Shown here: piece after piece, positions 49,266 through 57,684 of the stretch
Layout: every line of letters begins with the position of its first letter
Position numbering within the stretch: position 1 is the first letter of the stretch
Assembly (NCBI GenBank): GCA_963738405.1
Contig: CAVTWJ010000018.1
Span: 64,001-128,000, forward strand
DNA: 64,000 nt
Direction of reading: 5' to 3'
From: a candidate division FCPU426 bacterium
GTDB lineage: Bacteria > Oederibacteriota > Muellerivitia > Muellerivitales > Muellerivitaceae
The notes under the pieces: model-generated
Database searches by the model: none
What the model was told of the DNA's origin: nothing
Seen by the model: the letters and a program-made list of their open reading frames with translations, nothing else
Position numbers and translations under genes: made by a program

Positions 49266-49802
49266 ATGCCCAACATTGAAATTAAAGCCTATTATCCAGA
49301 ACTTGCCAAGGGCAGGCGAATCGCCCGGCAATTAAAGGCTCGCTTTGTCGGGCGCGCCAAGCAGATCGATACCTTCTTTAAGGTGGCCCAAGGGCGGTTG
49401 AAATTGAGGGAATCCAGCCTCAAGGGCGCTGAGTTGATCCCTTACGTCCGGCCTAATGTCCGGGGTCCTAAAACAAGCCAATATGTGGTGCTTCCAGTGG
49501 CTGATCCCGCCAAGACCAAGGTTCTTTTAAAAGAACTTTTGGGAGTGGAAGGGGTTGTGGAAAAAACCAGGGACCTATTCCTCTTGGGTAATGTCCGAAT
49601 TCACCTCGACCAGGTCAAAGGTTTGGGAAATTTCTTGGAATTCGAGGCCGTCATGCCGAAGGTTTCATCCAAGATCCGAAAGGCCGAGACAAAGAAGGTG
49701 AAAAGGTTGCTCAAACTATTTCAGGTCGTTTCCAAAGACTTGATCGATCTTGCCTACCGGGACCTTCTGAAAAAGAAAAAAGCGAAAGGGATGAAGTCCT
49801 AA
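49266..49802 (+). CDS. CYTH-domain protein (class IV adenylate cyclase-like)
   Basis: NIEIKA, QIDTFF, GRLKLR, RIHLDQVKGLGNFLEFE. Confidence 0.9.
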   Translation: MPNIEIKAYYPELAKGRRIARQLKARFVGRAKQIDTFFKVAQGRLKLRESSLKGAELIPYVRPNVRGPKTSQYVVLPVADPAKTKVLLKELLGVEGVVEKTRDLFLLGNVRIHLDQVKGLGNFLEFEAVMPKVSSKIRKAETKKVKRLLKLFQVVSKDLIDLAYRDLLKKKKAKGMKS

Positions 49803-49911
49803 TTTGGCTGGAAAACGACATTCGTTTTTAATATAGTCAATTCCGTTCCCAACGCTTTCCCCACGCCCTCCAAACATCCCACGCCCGATCCGGTTTTATC
49901 AAGGAGCCTCC

Positions 49912-50277
49912 ATGCGCAAGTTCGCCAAGTCCCACGAATGGTACGAAGACTTAGGGAATGGAAAAGTTCGAATCGGTATTTCTAAGCACGCGGCCCACGA
50001 GCTTTCCGACATCGTTTTCGTCGAACTTCCCGACCTAGGAAAAAAACTTGCAGATAAGCAAAGCGTCTGCGTTTTGGAATCGGTGAAGGCCGTGGCCGAT
50101 GTTTATTCCCCCGCCGGGACCGTGGCAGAAGTGAACGGCAAGCTCAAGGACCAGGCTGGCTTGGTCAACCAAGACCCGGAAGGCACGGGCTGGATCGCTG
50201 TGGTGCAGTTGGACAACCCCAAGGCGCTGGAAAATCCCGAATATCTGGCCGAACAGGATTATTTGAAAACCGTTTAA
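49912..50277 (+). CDS. gcvH: Glycine cleavage H-protein
   Basis: SHEW, IGIS, DIVFVELP, lipoyl-Lys motif ESVKA, VNQDP..GW. Confidence 0.95.
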   Translation: MRKFAKSHEWYEDLGNGKVRIGISKHAAHELSDIVFVELPDLGKKLADKQSVCVLESVKAVADVYSPAGTVAEVNGKLKDQAGLVNQDPEGTGWIAVVQLDNPKALENPEYLAEQDYLKTV

Positions 50278-50310
50278 GTTTTTAGCTGTTTTGAATTCAT
50301 CCTTTGCGGA

Positions 50311-53043
50311 GTGAAAGTGTCCTACATTCCTATTACCCCCGAAGATGAAAAGGCCATGTTGTCGGTCATTGGGGTGAAAAACATCGACGATCTTTTCGCT
50401 GACGTGCCGCCCTCCGTTATTCTCAAAAAAGGCCTGAACCTTCCTCCCGGCCTGACCGAACCCGAACTCAAGCGTTTCTTCAACATGATCGGAAAGAACA
50501 ATCAGCCGGTTTCCGACCGTCCCTGTTTTCTAGGAGCTGGGCTTTATTACCATGAGGTTCCCGCCGCCGTGAAGGCCGTGGTAACCCGGCCGGAATTTTT
50601 AACTTCCTATACGCCCTACCAGCCCGAGATCGCCCAGGGAACGCTCCAGGTTCTCTTTGATTTCCAAACCTATATGGCTGAATTGACAGGGCTGGAAGTT
50701 TCAAACGCCTCCCTTTACGACGGCGCCTCCGCCGTGGCGGAAGCGGTGCTTTTGGCCCTCAGGGTCAAAAAGGCCGAATCCTTTGTTTATGTGTCCCGGG
50801 GATTGCACCCCGAATACCGCCAGACCATCCAGACTTACTTAAACCCCCAGGGGCATAAGATCCACGAGATCGGTTTAAAGGGAACAGAAACCGACCTGGA
50901 ACAGCTCAAGACCGATCTTTGGCCCAATGCGGTGGTGGTGGTCCAATATCCCAATTTCCTTGGAACGGTCGAGGATCTATCCGCCATCTCAAAAGCTTGC
51001 AAAGAAAAGAACGCCTATTTGGTAGTGGCCGTGGCCGAAGCCATGAATCTGGCCCTGTTGCCTTCCCCTGGGTCGCTGGGGGCGGATGTATGCGCTGGGT
51101 CCGCCCAATCTTTCGGAAATCTTCTTTCTTTCGGCGGGCCCCACGCCGGGTTCTTGACCGCCCGCTTTGAGGATATCCGCCAGATGCCGGGCCGCATCGT
51201 GGGCGAAACCACCGACCGCAACGGAAAAACCGGCTGTGTGCTTACCTTTCAAGCCCGGGAACAGCATATCCGCCGTGAAAGGGCGGCTTCCAACGTCTGT
51301 ACCACCCAGTCCCTCATGGCCAATTTCGCCTCCGCCTGGCTCTACTTTAAAGGCGGCAAGGGCGCCCAACAGGCGGCCAAGGACGGCGCGGCCACGGCCC
51401 ACGCTTTGGCGGGAGAAATTCAGAGAATTCCTGGGTTTAAAATAGAAACGGTTCGATACGCCAATGAGTTTGTAGTTCGTCCGCCCTCCTCCAGGTTCGC
51501 TGATTTCCTGGCCGAATGGGGCTTGGTAGCGCCCTACGATTTATCCAACGACTATCCCGAGTTCAAAGACTGCGTCCTAGTGGCTTGTACCGAATTGACC
51601 AGCCTGGAAGACATGGAATCTTTTTTCTCGGCCTGCGAGGAATTCTCAACCAAGGGCCACGCCGGGAAGGTCCACCAAAAACCAACCGAGCTTCCTTCCT
51701 GGATCACGGTCCGCAAACCCGCCGCCATCGCCGAACACCCGGAGGTGGATTTGATCCGCTATTACACGGCCTTGGCCCGTAAAAATTTCTGCATCGACAA
51801 CGGCTTTTACCCCTTGGGTTCCTGCACCATGAAGTACAACCCGAAAGTGAACGAGGAAATCGCCCTCGCGGACGCCTGGGCCAACCTGCATCCCACCCAG
51901 CGTGAGGATGAGGTTCAAGGCGCCCTGCAGGTAATTTTCGAACTGGAACATTGGCTAAAGGAAATTACCGGCTGTCACGCCCTGACGCTCCAGCCCGCCG
52001 CTGGCGCCCATGGGGAACTGACGGCTCTTTTGATGGCAAAGCGCTATTTCGCCGACCGGGGCGAGCACCAAAGGGTCAATGTCATCGTTCCCGATTCGGC
52101 CCACGGCACCAACCCGGCCTCGGCCACCATGGCGGGTTGGAAGACCATTTCCATCCCCACCGATGCCAGGGGCAACATGGACGTGGAACTATTGAAGGCG
52201 AAATTGGGTAAAGACACGGCTGTCTTGATGTTGACTAATCCAAGCACCTTAGGTCTTTTCGAAGAGAACATTCTTGAGGTGGCCAGGCTGGTACACGAAG
52301 CGGGGGGTCTTCTTTATTATGACGGCGCCAACATGAACGCCATTGTAGGGATCTGCCGCCCGGCGGATATGGGGTTCGATTTGGTGCACTTGAATCTTCA
52401 CAAAACTTTTTCCACACCCCATGGCGGCGGCGGTCCAGGCTCGGGCCCGGTAGGCTGCACGAAGGCTCTGGAACCCTATTTACCTGAACCCAGGGTCTTC
52501 AAAGAAGGCAACCGGTATTTCTTAAAATCCGGGTCGCCCCAGTCCATCGGCCGCATGAAGGCGAACGTGGGCAATTTCGGCGTGCTCATCCGGGCCCTGG
52601 CCTACTGCAAGCGATTGGGCAAGCAGGGACTGGAAAGGGTGGGGCGTGTCGCGACCTTGAACGCGAATTATATGTTGGCCCGCTTGAAGGGCCCCTATAC
52701 GCCCGCTTATGACCGCCTTTGCAAGCATGAGTTTGTCTTAACCGCCGAGCCTCTTAAGGAAAAATACGGTATCTCGGCTTTGGATATCGCCAAACGGCTG
52801 ATTGATTTTAATTACCACCCGCCCACCATCTATTTCCCGCTGGTGGTCCATGAGGCGGTCATGATCGAGCCCACCGAGACCGAAACGAAAAAGACGTTGG
52901 ATGAATTTTCGGAGGTCATGCTCCAGCTGCGCCAGGAAATGGAAACAAACCCGGATGTCTTCAAAAGCGCGCCCTATTCCACGCCCGTCTCAAGATTGGA
53001 TGAGGTTAAGGCGGTCAAGGAACCGAGATTAGTGAAGAAATAA
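50311..53043 (+). CDS. gcvP: Glycine decarboxylase P-protein, fused GcvPA+GcvPB
   Basis: PA motifs (YTPYQPEIAQG, NASLYDG, REQHIRRE) and PB motifs (FYPLGSCTMKYNP, SAHGTNPAS, HLNLHKTF, IEPTETE) in one ORF. Confidence 0.92.
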   Translation: MKVSYIPITPEDEKAMLSVIGVKNIDDLFADVPPSVILKKGLNLPPGLTEPELKRFFNMIGKNNQPVSDRPCFLGAGLYYHEVPAAVKAVVTRPEFLTSYTPYQPEIAQGTLQVLFDFQTYMAELTGLEVSNASLYDGASAVAEAVLLALRVKKAESFVYVSRGLHPEYRQTIQTYLNPQGHKIHEIGLKGTETDLEQLKTDLWPNAVVVVQYPNFLGTVEDLSAISKACKEKNAYLVVAVAEAMNLALLPSPGSLGADVCAGSAQSFGNLLSFGGPHAGFLTARFEDIRQMPGRIVGETTDRNGKTGCVLTFQAREQHIRRERAASNVCTTQSLMANFASAWLYFKGGKGAQQAAKDGAATAHALAGEIQRIPGFKIETVRYANEFVVRPPSSRFADFLAEWGLVAPYDLSNDYPEFKDCVLVACTELTSLEDMESFFSACEEFSTKGHAGKVHQKPTELPSWITVRKPAAIAEHPEVDLIRYYTALARKNFCIDNGFYPLGSCTMKYNPKVNEEIALADAWANLHPTQREDEVQGALQVIFELEHWLKEITGCHALTLQPAAGAHGELTALLMAKRYFADRGEHQRVNVIVPDSAHGTNPASATMAGWKTISIPTDARGNMDVELLKAKLGKDTAVLMLTNPSTLGLFEENILEVARLVHEAGGLLYYDGANMNAIVGICRPADMGFDLVHLNLHKTFSTPHGGGGPGSGPVGCTKALEPYLPEPRVFKEGNRYFLKSGSPQSIGRMKANVGNFGVLIRALAYCKRLGKQGLERVGRVATLNANYMLARLKGPYTPAYDRLCKHEFVLTAEPLKEKYGISALDIAKRLIDFNYHPPTIYFPLVVHEAVMIEPTETETKKTLDEFSEVMLQLRQEMETNPDVFKSAPYSTPVSRLDEVKAVKEPRLVKK

Positions 53044-53055
53044 AGTTCACTAATT

Positions 53056-54228
53056 TTAAGGATTCCACTTCTTTTCCATTTCCTTATATTCAGGCGTGTT
53101 AATAATGTTTTTAAATTGGGTGTCATCATATATTTGTTTTTTATAGGTCGGATCTAAAAGATAAATCTGACGTATTTCTTCGATCGCTTTCGTGTTTTGA
53201 GATTGTGCCCAATAAACAATTGCCAGATTGTAGTGGGACATTATTAAATTAGGATTGATATAAAGGGATTGTTGCAGTGCTATCTTGGCGTCATCTAATT
53301 GTCCATTTCTATAATAGGAATAGCCAATCAACCCATATGTTTCTGCATCCTGTTTTTTGTCATCGAGTGCCTTTTTATATTCAGAAATCGCGTTAATGTA
53401 TTGGTGTTTTAAATATAACTTTTTTCCTACTGCTATATGATCTGTTTCCACTACCCATTTTAGAAATGAGTTGTCCGAATGACCTGAAGTTATAACGTAA
53501 TCTGTGTTTTTTTTAATGTCGTAAACATGTATTTGACGGTCACCAAAAGCTAATGGCCCTCCATCCACCCAAACAATCCAATTTCCTTCATCGGAAATTA
53601 TGAATTCTTGGCCTGTTCCAATATGAATCATGGATTTTGCTTCGGGATTATATTGGTAAAAATTATCTGCCCGTATATCCGTCGTTCCACCAGGCAATGA
53701 AAGAAAAAACAAATCGTGATAGTTAGCCCAACCCAAAAATTCCCAATCAAACAAGCTGGATTCTGTGCCTGCCAATTTGATAATTTTATTTATAGAATTA
53801 TTTTTGTAGCGAATACCTATTTCTGGTGATCCATCGAAACAAACTGACCACCTGCCATCAGTTGAGGAAATTAAAACTGGAGACTCAGCCGTGGCAGATG
53901 CGATTTCGTTTTCCAAACTAATTAAATCATGTCGCTTTTCGAATCTAGGATCAAATTGGGATGTGTAATCGGGTAAAGATTGATCTTGGAAATAAGTTCC
54001 ATCTGATTTGACCAAATTGGGTTTAAAAATACTTTTTCCTTTATGTTGGTAAACTCTGCGCCAAATATAAAAAGATGGAAAATCAGGTTTGTCTTTGACC
54101 AAATTTCCTTGAATCACTTTAATCGTTTTTGCGGTAACTGCTTCAGATTGAGCATTCAAGTAAGGGGTTGGAAATGTGTATAGAGAGACTATAAAGAGAA
54201 GTAATAAGCTCAATATTTTTCTAAACAT
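53056..54228 (-). CDS. AT-rich exported protein with C-terminal TPRs
   Basis: Signal peptide, beta-rich middle, TPR motifs GYSYY..A..AL..NP / HYNLA; RBS GGAG. Confidence 0.7.
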   Translation of the reverse strand: MFRKILSLLLLFIVSLYTFPTPYLNAQSEAVTAKTIKVIQGNLVKDKPDFPSFYIWRRVYQHKGKSIFKPNLVKSDGTYFQDQSLPDYTSQFDPRFEKRHDLISLENEIASATAESPVLISSTDGRWSVCFDGSPEIGIRYKNNSINKIIKLAGTESSLFDWEFLGWANYHDLFFLSLPGGTTDIRADNFYQYNPEAKSMIHIGTGQEFIISDEGNWIVWVDGGPLAFGDRQIHVYDIKKNTDYVITSGHSDNSFLKWVVETDHIAVGKKLYLKHQYINAISEYKKALDDKKQDAETYGLIGYSYYRNGQLDDAKIALQQSLYINPNLIMSHYNLAIVYWAQSQNTKAIEEIRQIYLLDPTYKKQIYDDTQFKNIINTPEYKEMEKKWNP

Positions 54229-54354
54229 AGTTATCTCCTAAATTAGGAAAATAAAATTCGAATTATTTTATCAAACATGATTCAGAGAAGACCCTTGCAC
54301 CTTATAGATTCAGGGTTTTCAATTCATAGAGTTTCGAATATCCTTAATCGACCG

Positions 54355-55239
54355 ATGAATTCTACCAACCTTCAAACCGCACCGCACCCTTTGCCCAAAT
54401 TTCTACTTAATCCCCATCCCAAGCATGTATTTCGTGACGCCATCGCCAAGATTCCCATGAACGGCATCCACACTATTTGTGAGGAAGCCAAGTGCCCGAA
54501 CCGGGGAGAATGCCTGCCCCACCACGGAACCATTTCCATCATGGTGATGGGGTCCATCTGCACCCGGGGATGTCCTTTTTGCGCTGTCACGACAGGAAAA
54601 CCCCTGCCGCTAGATTCGTTTGAACCGGCCAAGGTGGTGGAGATCGCCAAGTCCTTGAACGTGCGCTACCTGGTCATGACCTCCCCCAATCGGGATGAGC
54701 TGGAAGACGGCGGGGCTTCTCAATTCGTGCGCATCGTCACGGCTCTGCGTGAGTTCAACCCTGCTTTGAAAATCGAAATTCTCGTGCCCGACTTTCAAGG
54801 AAAGGAAACCTCCTTCAAGGTTTTGCTCCAAAATCCGCCGGATGTCATCGCCCACGACCTTCAGACTATCCCTCGGCTTTACGGGCCCATCCGCCCTGGG
54901 GCGGAGTACCAGCGTTCGCTTAATTTATTTAGGTGGTTCAAAAAAAACGCAGATCCCCAAAAGGTAACCCTCAAGGCGGGCCTGATGGTGGGCTTTGGTG
55001 AAACTGAAGATGAAGTGGTGGAAGTGTTAAGAGATGCCAAGGAAGCCGGGGTCCAGTTCTTCACCATTGGCCAGTACCTCAAGCCACCGGGTTCAACCTT
55101 GGATGTCGTTGAATATGTGCCCCTCGAGAGATATGAACATTGGTCGCAGGCAGGAAAAGAAATGGGTTTGGCGGTGCAGGCCTCGCCCTTGACTCGAAGT
55201 AGTTACCTGGCGGACCGGCTTGCGGCACAGACCCGTTAA
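54355..55239 (+). CDS. lipA: Lipoyl synthase (start uncertain, 54277 or 54355)
   Basis: CEEAKCPNRGEC, CTRGCPFC, TIGQYL, RSSY. Confidence 0.93.
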   Translation: MNSTNLQTAPHPLPKFLLNPHPKHVFRDAIAKIPMNGIHTICEEAKCPNRGECLPHHGTISIMVMGSICTRGCPFCAVTTGKPLPLDSFEPAKVVEIAKSLNVRYLVMTSPNRDELEDGGASQFVRIVTALREFNPALKIEILVPDFQGKETSFKVLLQNPPDVIAHDLQTIPRLYGPIRPGAEYQRSLNLFRWFKKNADPQKVTLKAGLMVGFGETEDEVVEVLRDAKEAGVQFFTIGQYLKPPGSTLDVVEYVPLERYEHWSQAGKEMGLAVQASPLTRSSYLADRLAAQTR

Positions 55240-55575
55240 ATGGAATATTTTTCCGATTCGATGGTCAAGGCGACCCTCTACACTTCCCAAAAAAAGCCTT
55301 TTCTCGTGGGGGAAATTCCGACCTTGGTTCAATGGGGTATCCGCAATTTGGAACGCCGGTTTCCCGGTCTCAAGGTGGTTGTCTCCACCGTTTATCCCGA
55401 AAGGGTTGAAATGGTTCTGGATTTTAAAAGGCTGGACGATGATCTTTTAAGGGTTCTGCAATCCTTCAAATCGGAAATGAAGAACCTGGCGAAAAAGAAG
55501 GGGCTTCATGAAGACCCCCTGTGGCAATGGCAGTACGATGAGAAAATGGTGGAAAAGGTTCAAATTCCGGGTTAA
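55240..55575 (+). CDS. RAYT/IS200-fold protein lacking catalytic residues
   Basis: Colinear with the RAYT pattern but YPERVE in place of MPNHxH; SFKS..LWQxxY retained; ends before the catalytic Tyr helix. Confidence 0.55.
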   Translation: MEYFSDSMVKATLYTSQKKPFLVGEIPTLVQWGIRNLERRFPGLKVVVSTVYPERVEMVLDFKRLDDDLLRVLQSFKSEMKNLAKKKGLHEDPLWQWQYDEKMVEKVQIPG

Positions 55576-55584
55576 CGAAAAAGC

Positions 55585-56142
55585 CTACTTTTCTGTTTCG
55601 CTCACGATTTCCGAAGATTCAATCAGGGTCACGCCGGCCTTGGCCATGGCCTTCAAGGCCTTGGCTCCGTCCCCTTCCTTCACGTTGACGGCTGCTACGG
55701 CGTCCTCCACCACGAAGGTCTCAAACCCCCGCTTGTCGGCGTCCAAAGCCGTAGCTTTCACGCAGTAGTCGGTAGCCAGCCCCGCGATAAAGAGGTCCGT
55801 AACCTCCTTTTTTCTCAAAAATTTTTCCAAATCGTCGCTGGTGGCCTCAAAGGCGGAATAACCGTCATCCTTGTTTTTTGATCCCTTCAGGAAGACCTTG
55901 CTGATTTTCGAGGCGTTAAGCGCCGGATGAAATTCAGCTCCGGGGGTGTTCTGGACGCAATGGGGAGGCCATTTCTGGAAATGGACAGTGTCCTTGGGGT
56001 GCCAATCCTTGGAAGCGATCACGAGGGGAAAAAGGTCCATCAATTTGTTGATAACGGGCAAGATCTTATCGCCCTCCGGCACGCCCAAGGCTCCGCCGGG
56101 GCAAAAGTCATTTTGAACGTCCACGATTAATAACGCCTTCAT
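55585..56142 (-). CDS. pncA: Nicotinamidase
   Basis: IVDVQNDF, DWH, WPPHC, KG..YSAF, GLATDYCV. Confidence 0.93.
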   Translation of the reverse strand: MKALLIVDVQNDFCPGGALGVPEGDKILPVINKLMDLFPLVIASKDWHPKDTVHFQKWPPHCVQNTPGAEFHPALNASKISKVFLKGSKNKDDGYSAFEATSDDLEKFLRKKEVTDLFIAGLATDYCVKATALDADKRGFETFVVEDAVAAVNVKEGDGAKALKAMAKAGVTLIESSEIVSETEK

Positions 56143-56203
56143 TGAATACCTCGAACATCATTTGATTCATGGGTTTGATTACAAACGAGAAGGGGGTTCT
56201 TCG

Positions 56204-57613
56204 TCAATTCGTAAAATGCGCGATGATTTCATCCCTTAGGTGCGCCAATTTGGGGCTCAACCCCACCTTGTAAACGTGGGGGTTCTCGAACCGCTTGCGC
56301 TCAGGCGAGAGCTTCAATAACCGTTCCTTCGCGTAAGCTGCTGCCTCGTGAATTCCCAAGGGGGTTAGTCTTTTGCCCGCCTCCATCACCTTAAAGAGGA
56401 TGTTCTCGGGAAAACAATGGGTCACTTTGCTTTTTTTATCAGGGGAAAAGGGGTGGTAAATCCATTCGGTGCTTTTTTCATCCTCTAATAGAACCGCGTC
56501 AGCGTAAAAGAAACCTTCCGGATCGGTGTATCGGACAATTTTTTTCGCCCCCGGCAGGGTACCCTTGGCTGAATTTTCTGAAATCTTGAGGCAGGGTTTT
56601 CCGTTAAGAATCGATAGTTTATAAACCCCGTCCAAGGCCGGTGAATCCTGTCCAGTGACGAGGCTCGTGCCTACCCCAAAGGCGTTAATGGGCGCCCCCT
56701 GGTCGAGCAGGCTCTTGATGAGGTATTCATCCAATTGGTTGGAAACCACGATCTTGACCCCATGCAGGCCCGCGTTATCCAACAGGGTTCGGGCTCTTTT
56801 GGAAAGATAGGCCAGATCGCCGCTGTCCAATCGAATGCCGGATAACTTTTGCCCCTTTTCCTCCATTTCCTTGGCCACGGTGATGGCGTTGGGAATTCCG
56901 CTTTCAAGCGTGCTGTAGGTATCCACGAGAAGCGTGCATTGGTTGGGATAGATACGGGCGAATTCGCGAAAGGCCGTCAGCTCGTCGGGAAAACTCTGCA
57001 CCCAGGAATGGGCCAGGGTGCCGGAAGGGGGAATGTCGTAGGTCATGGCGGCTAACACGTTGGAAGTGCCTTCCACCCCCCCGATGACCGCGGCGCGGGA
57101 AGCCTGAAGACCGCCCAATCCCTGGGCTCGGCGGAGGCCAAAATCCACCACCCGTCGGCCCCGGGCGGCCTGGACCATGCGGGAAGCCTTGGTGGCGATC
57201 AAAGACTCGAAATTAAGGAAATTACAAACCAGGGTCTCGATCAGCTGGGCTTCAAAGAGAGTGCCTTCCACCCGCAAGGTGGGTTCCAAGGGAAACACGA
57301 GCTCCCCTTCCCGGACCGAATAAAGCTTTCCCTTGAAGGTAAAGGTTTTGAGGAAGCTCAGGAAGGGTTTTTGAAAACCCTGTTTTTCCAGGTAGGCCAA
57401 ATCGTCGGCCTCGAATCGATAATCCTCCAAAGCCTCCAGAAGGGTTTCCAGCCCCGCGAACACCACATAGGCCCCCTTGAAAGGGGGATTGCGGTAAAAG
57501 TAGTCAAAACAGGCGGGCCATTCCGCCTTACCCGAAAGAAAATACCCTTGGGCCATGGTGAGTTCGTAGAGGTCCGTGAAGAGGCCGACGTGTTTGGGAA
57601 GGATCGAGGACAT
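56204..57613 (-). CDS. pncB: Nicotinate phosphoribosyltransferase
   Basis: TDLYELTM, DFGLRR, GTLAHSW, LVDTY, IRLDSGD, GVGT, VYKL. Confidence 0.94.
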   Translation of the reverse strand: MSSILPKHVGLFTDLYELTMAQGYFLSGKAEWPACFDYFYRNPPFKGAYVVFAGLETLLEALEDYRFEADDLAYLEKQGFQKPFLSFLKTFTFKGKLYSVREGELVFPLEPTLRVEGTLFEAQLIETLVCNFLNFESLIATKASRMVQAARGRRVVDFGLRRAQGLGGLQASRAAVIGGVEGTSNVLAAMTYDIPPSGTLAHSWVQSFPDELTAFREFARIYPNQCTLLVDTYSTLESGIPNAITVAKEMEEKGQKLSGIRLDSGDLAYLSKRARTLLDNAGLHGVKIVVSNQLDEYLIKSLLDQGAPINAFGVGTSLVTGQDSPALDGVYKLSILNGKPCLKISENSAKGTLPGAKKIVRYTDPEGFFYADAVLLEDEKSTEWIYHPFSPDKKSKVTHCFPENILFKVMEAGKRLTPLGIHEAAAYAKERLLKLSPERKRFENPHVYKVGLSPKLAHLRDEIIAHFTN

Positions 57614-57684
57614 GGGTGCCATTATAACCAGAGCGGAAGGTGGAACGGACGAAGAAGGGCCCTTCAGGACAGGGCCCGAGGGAA

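Noticed and set aside
47570..49912. Glycine riboswitch before gcvT or gcvH
   Set aside because: The gap before gcvT is only 25 nt, and the gcvH leader is C-rich with no recognisable aptamer motifs
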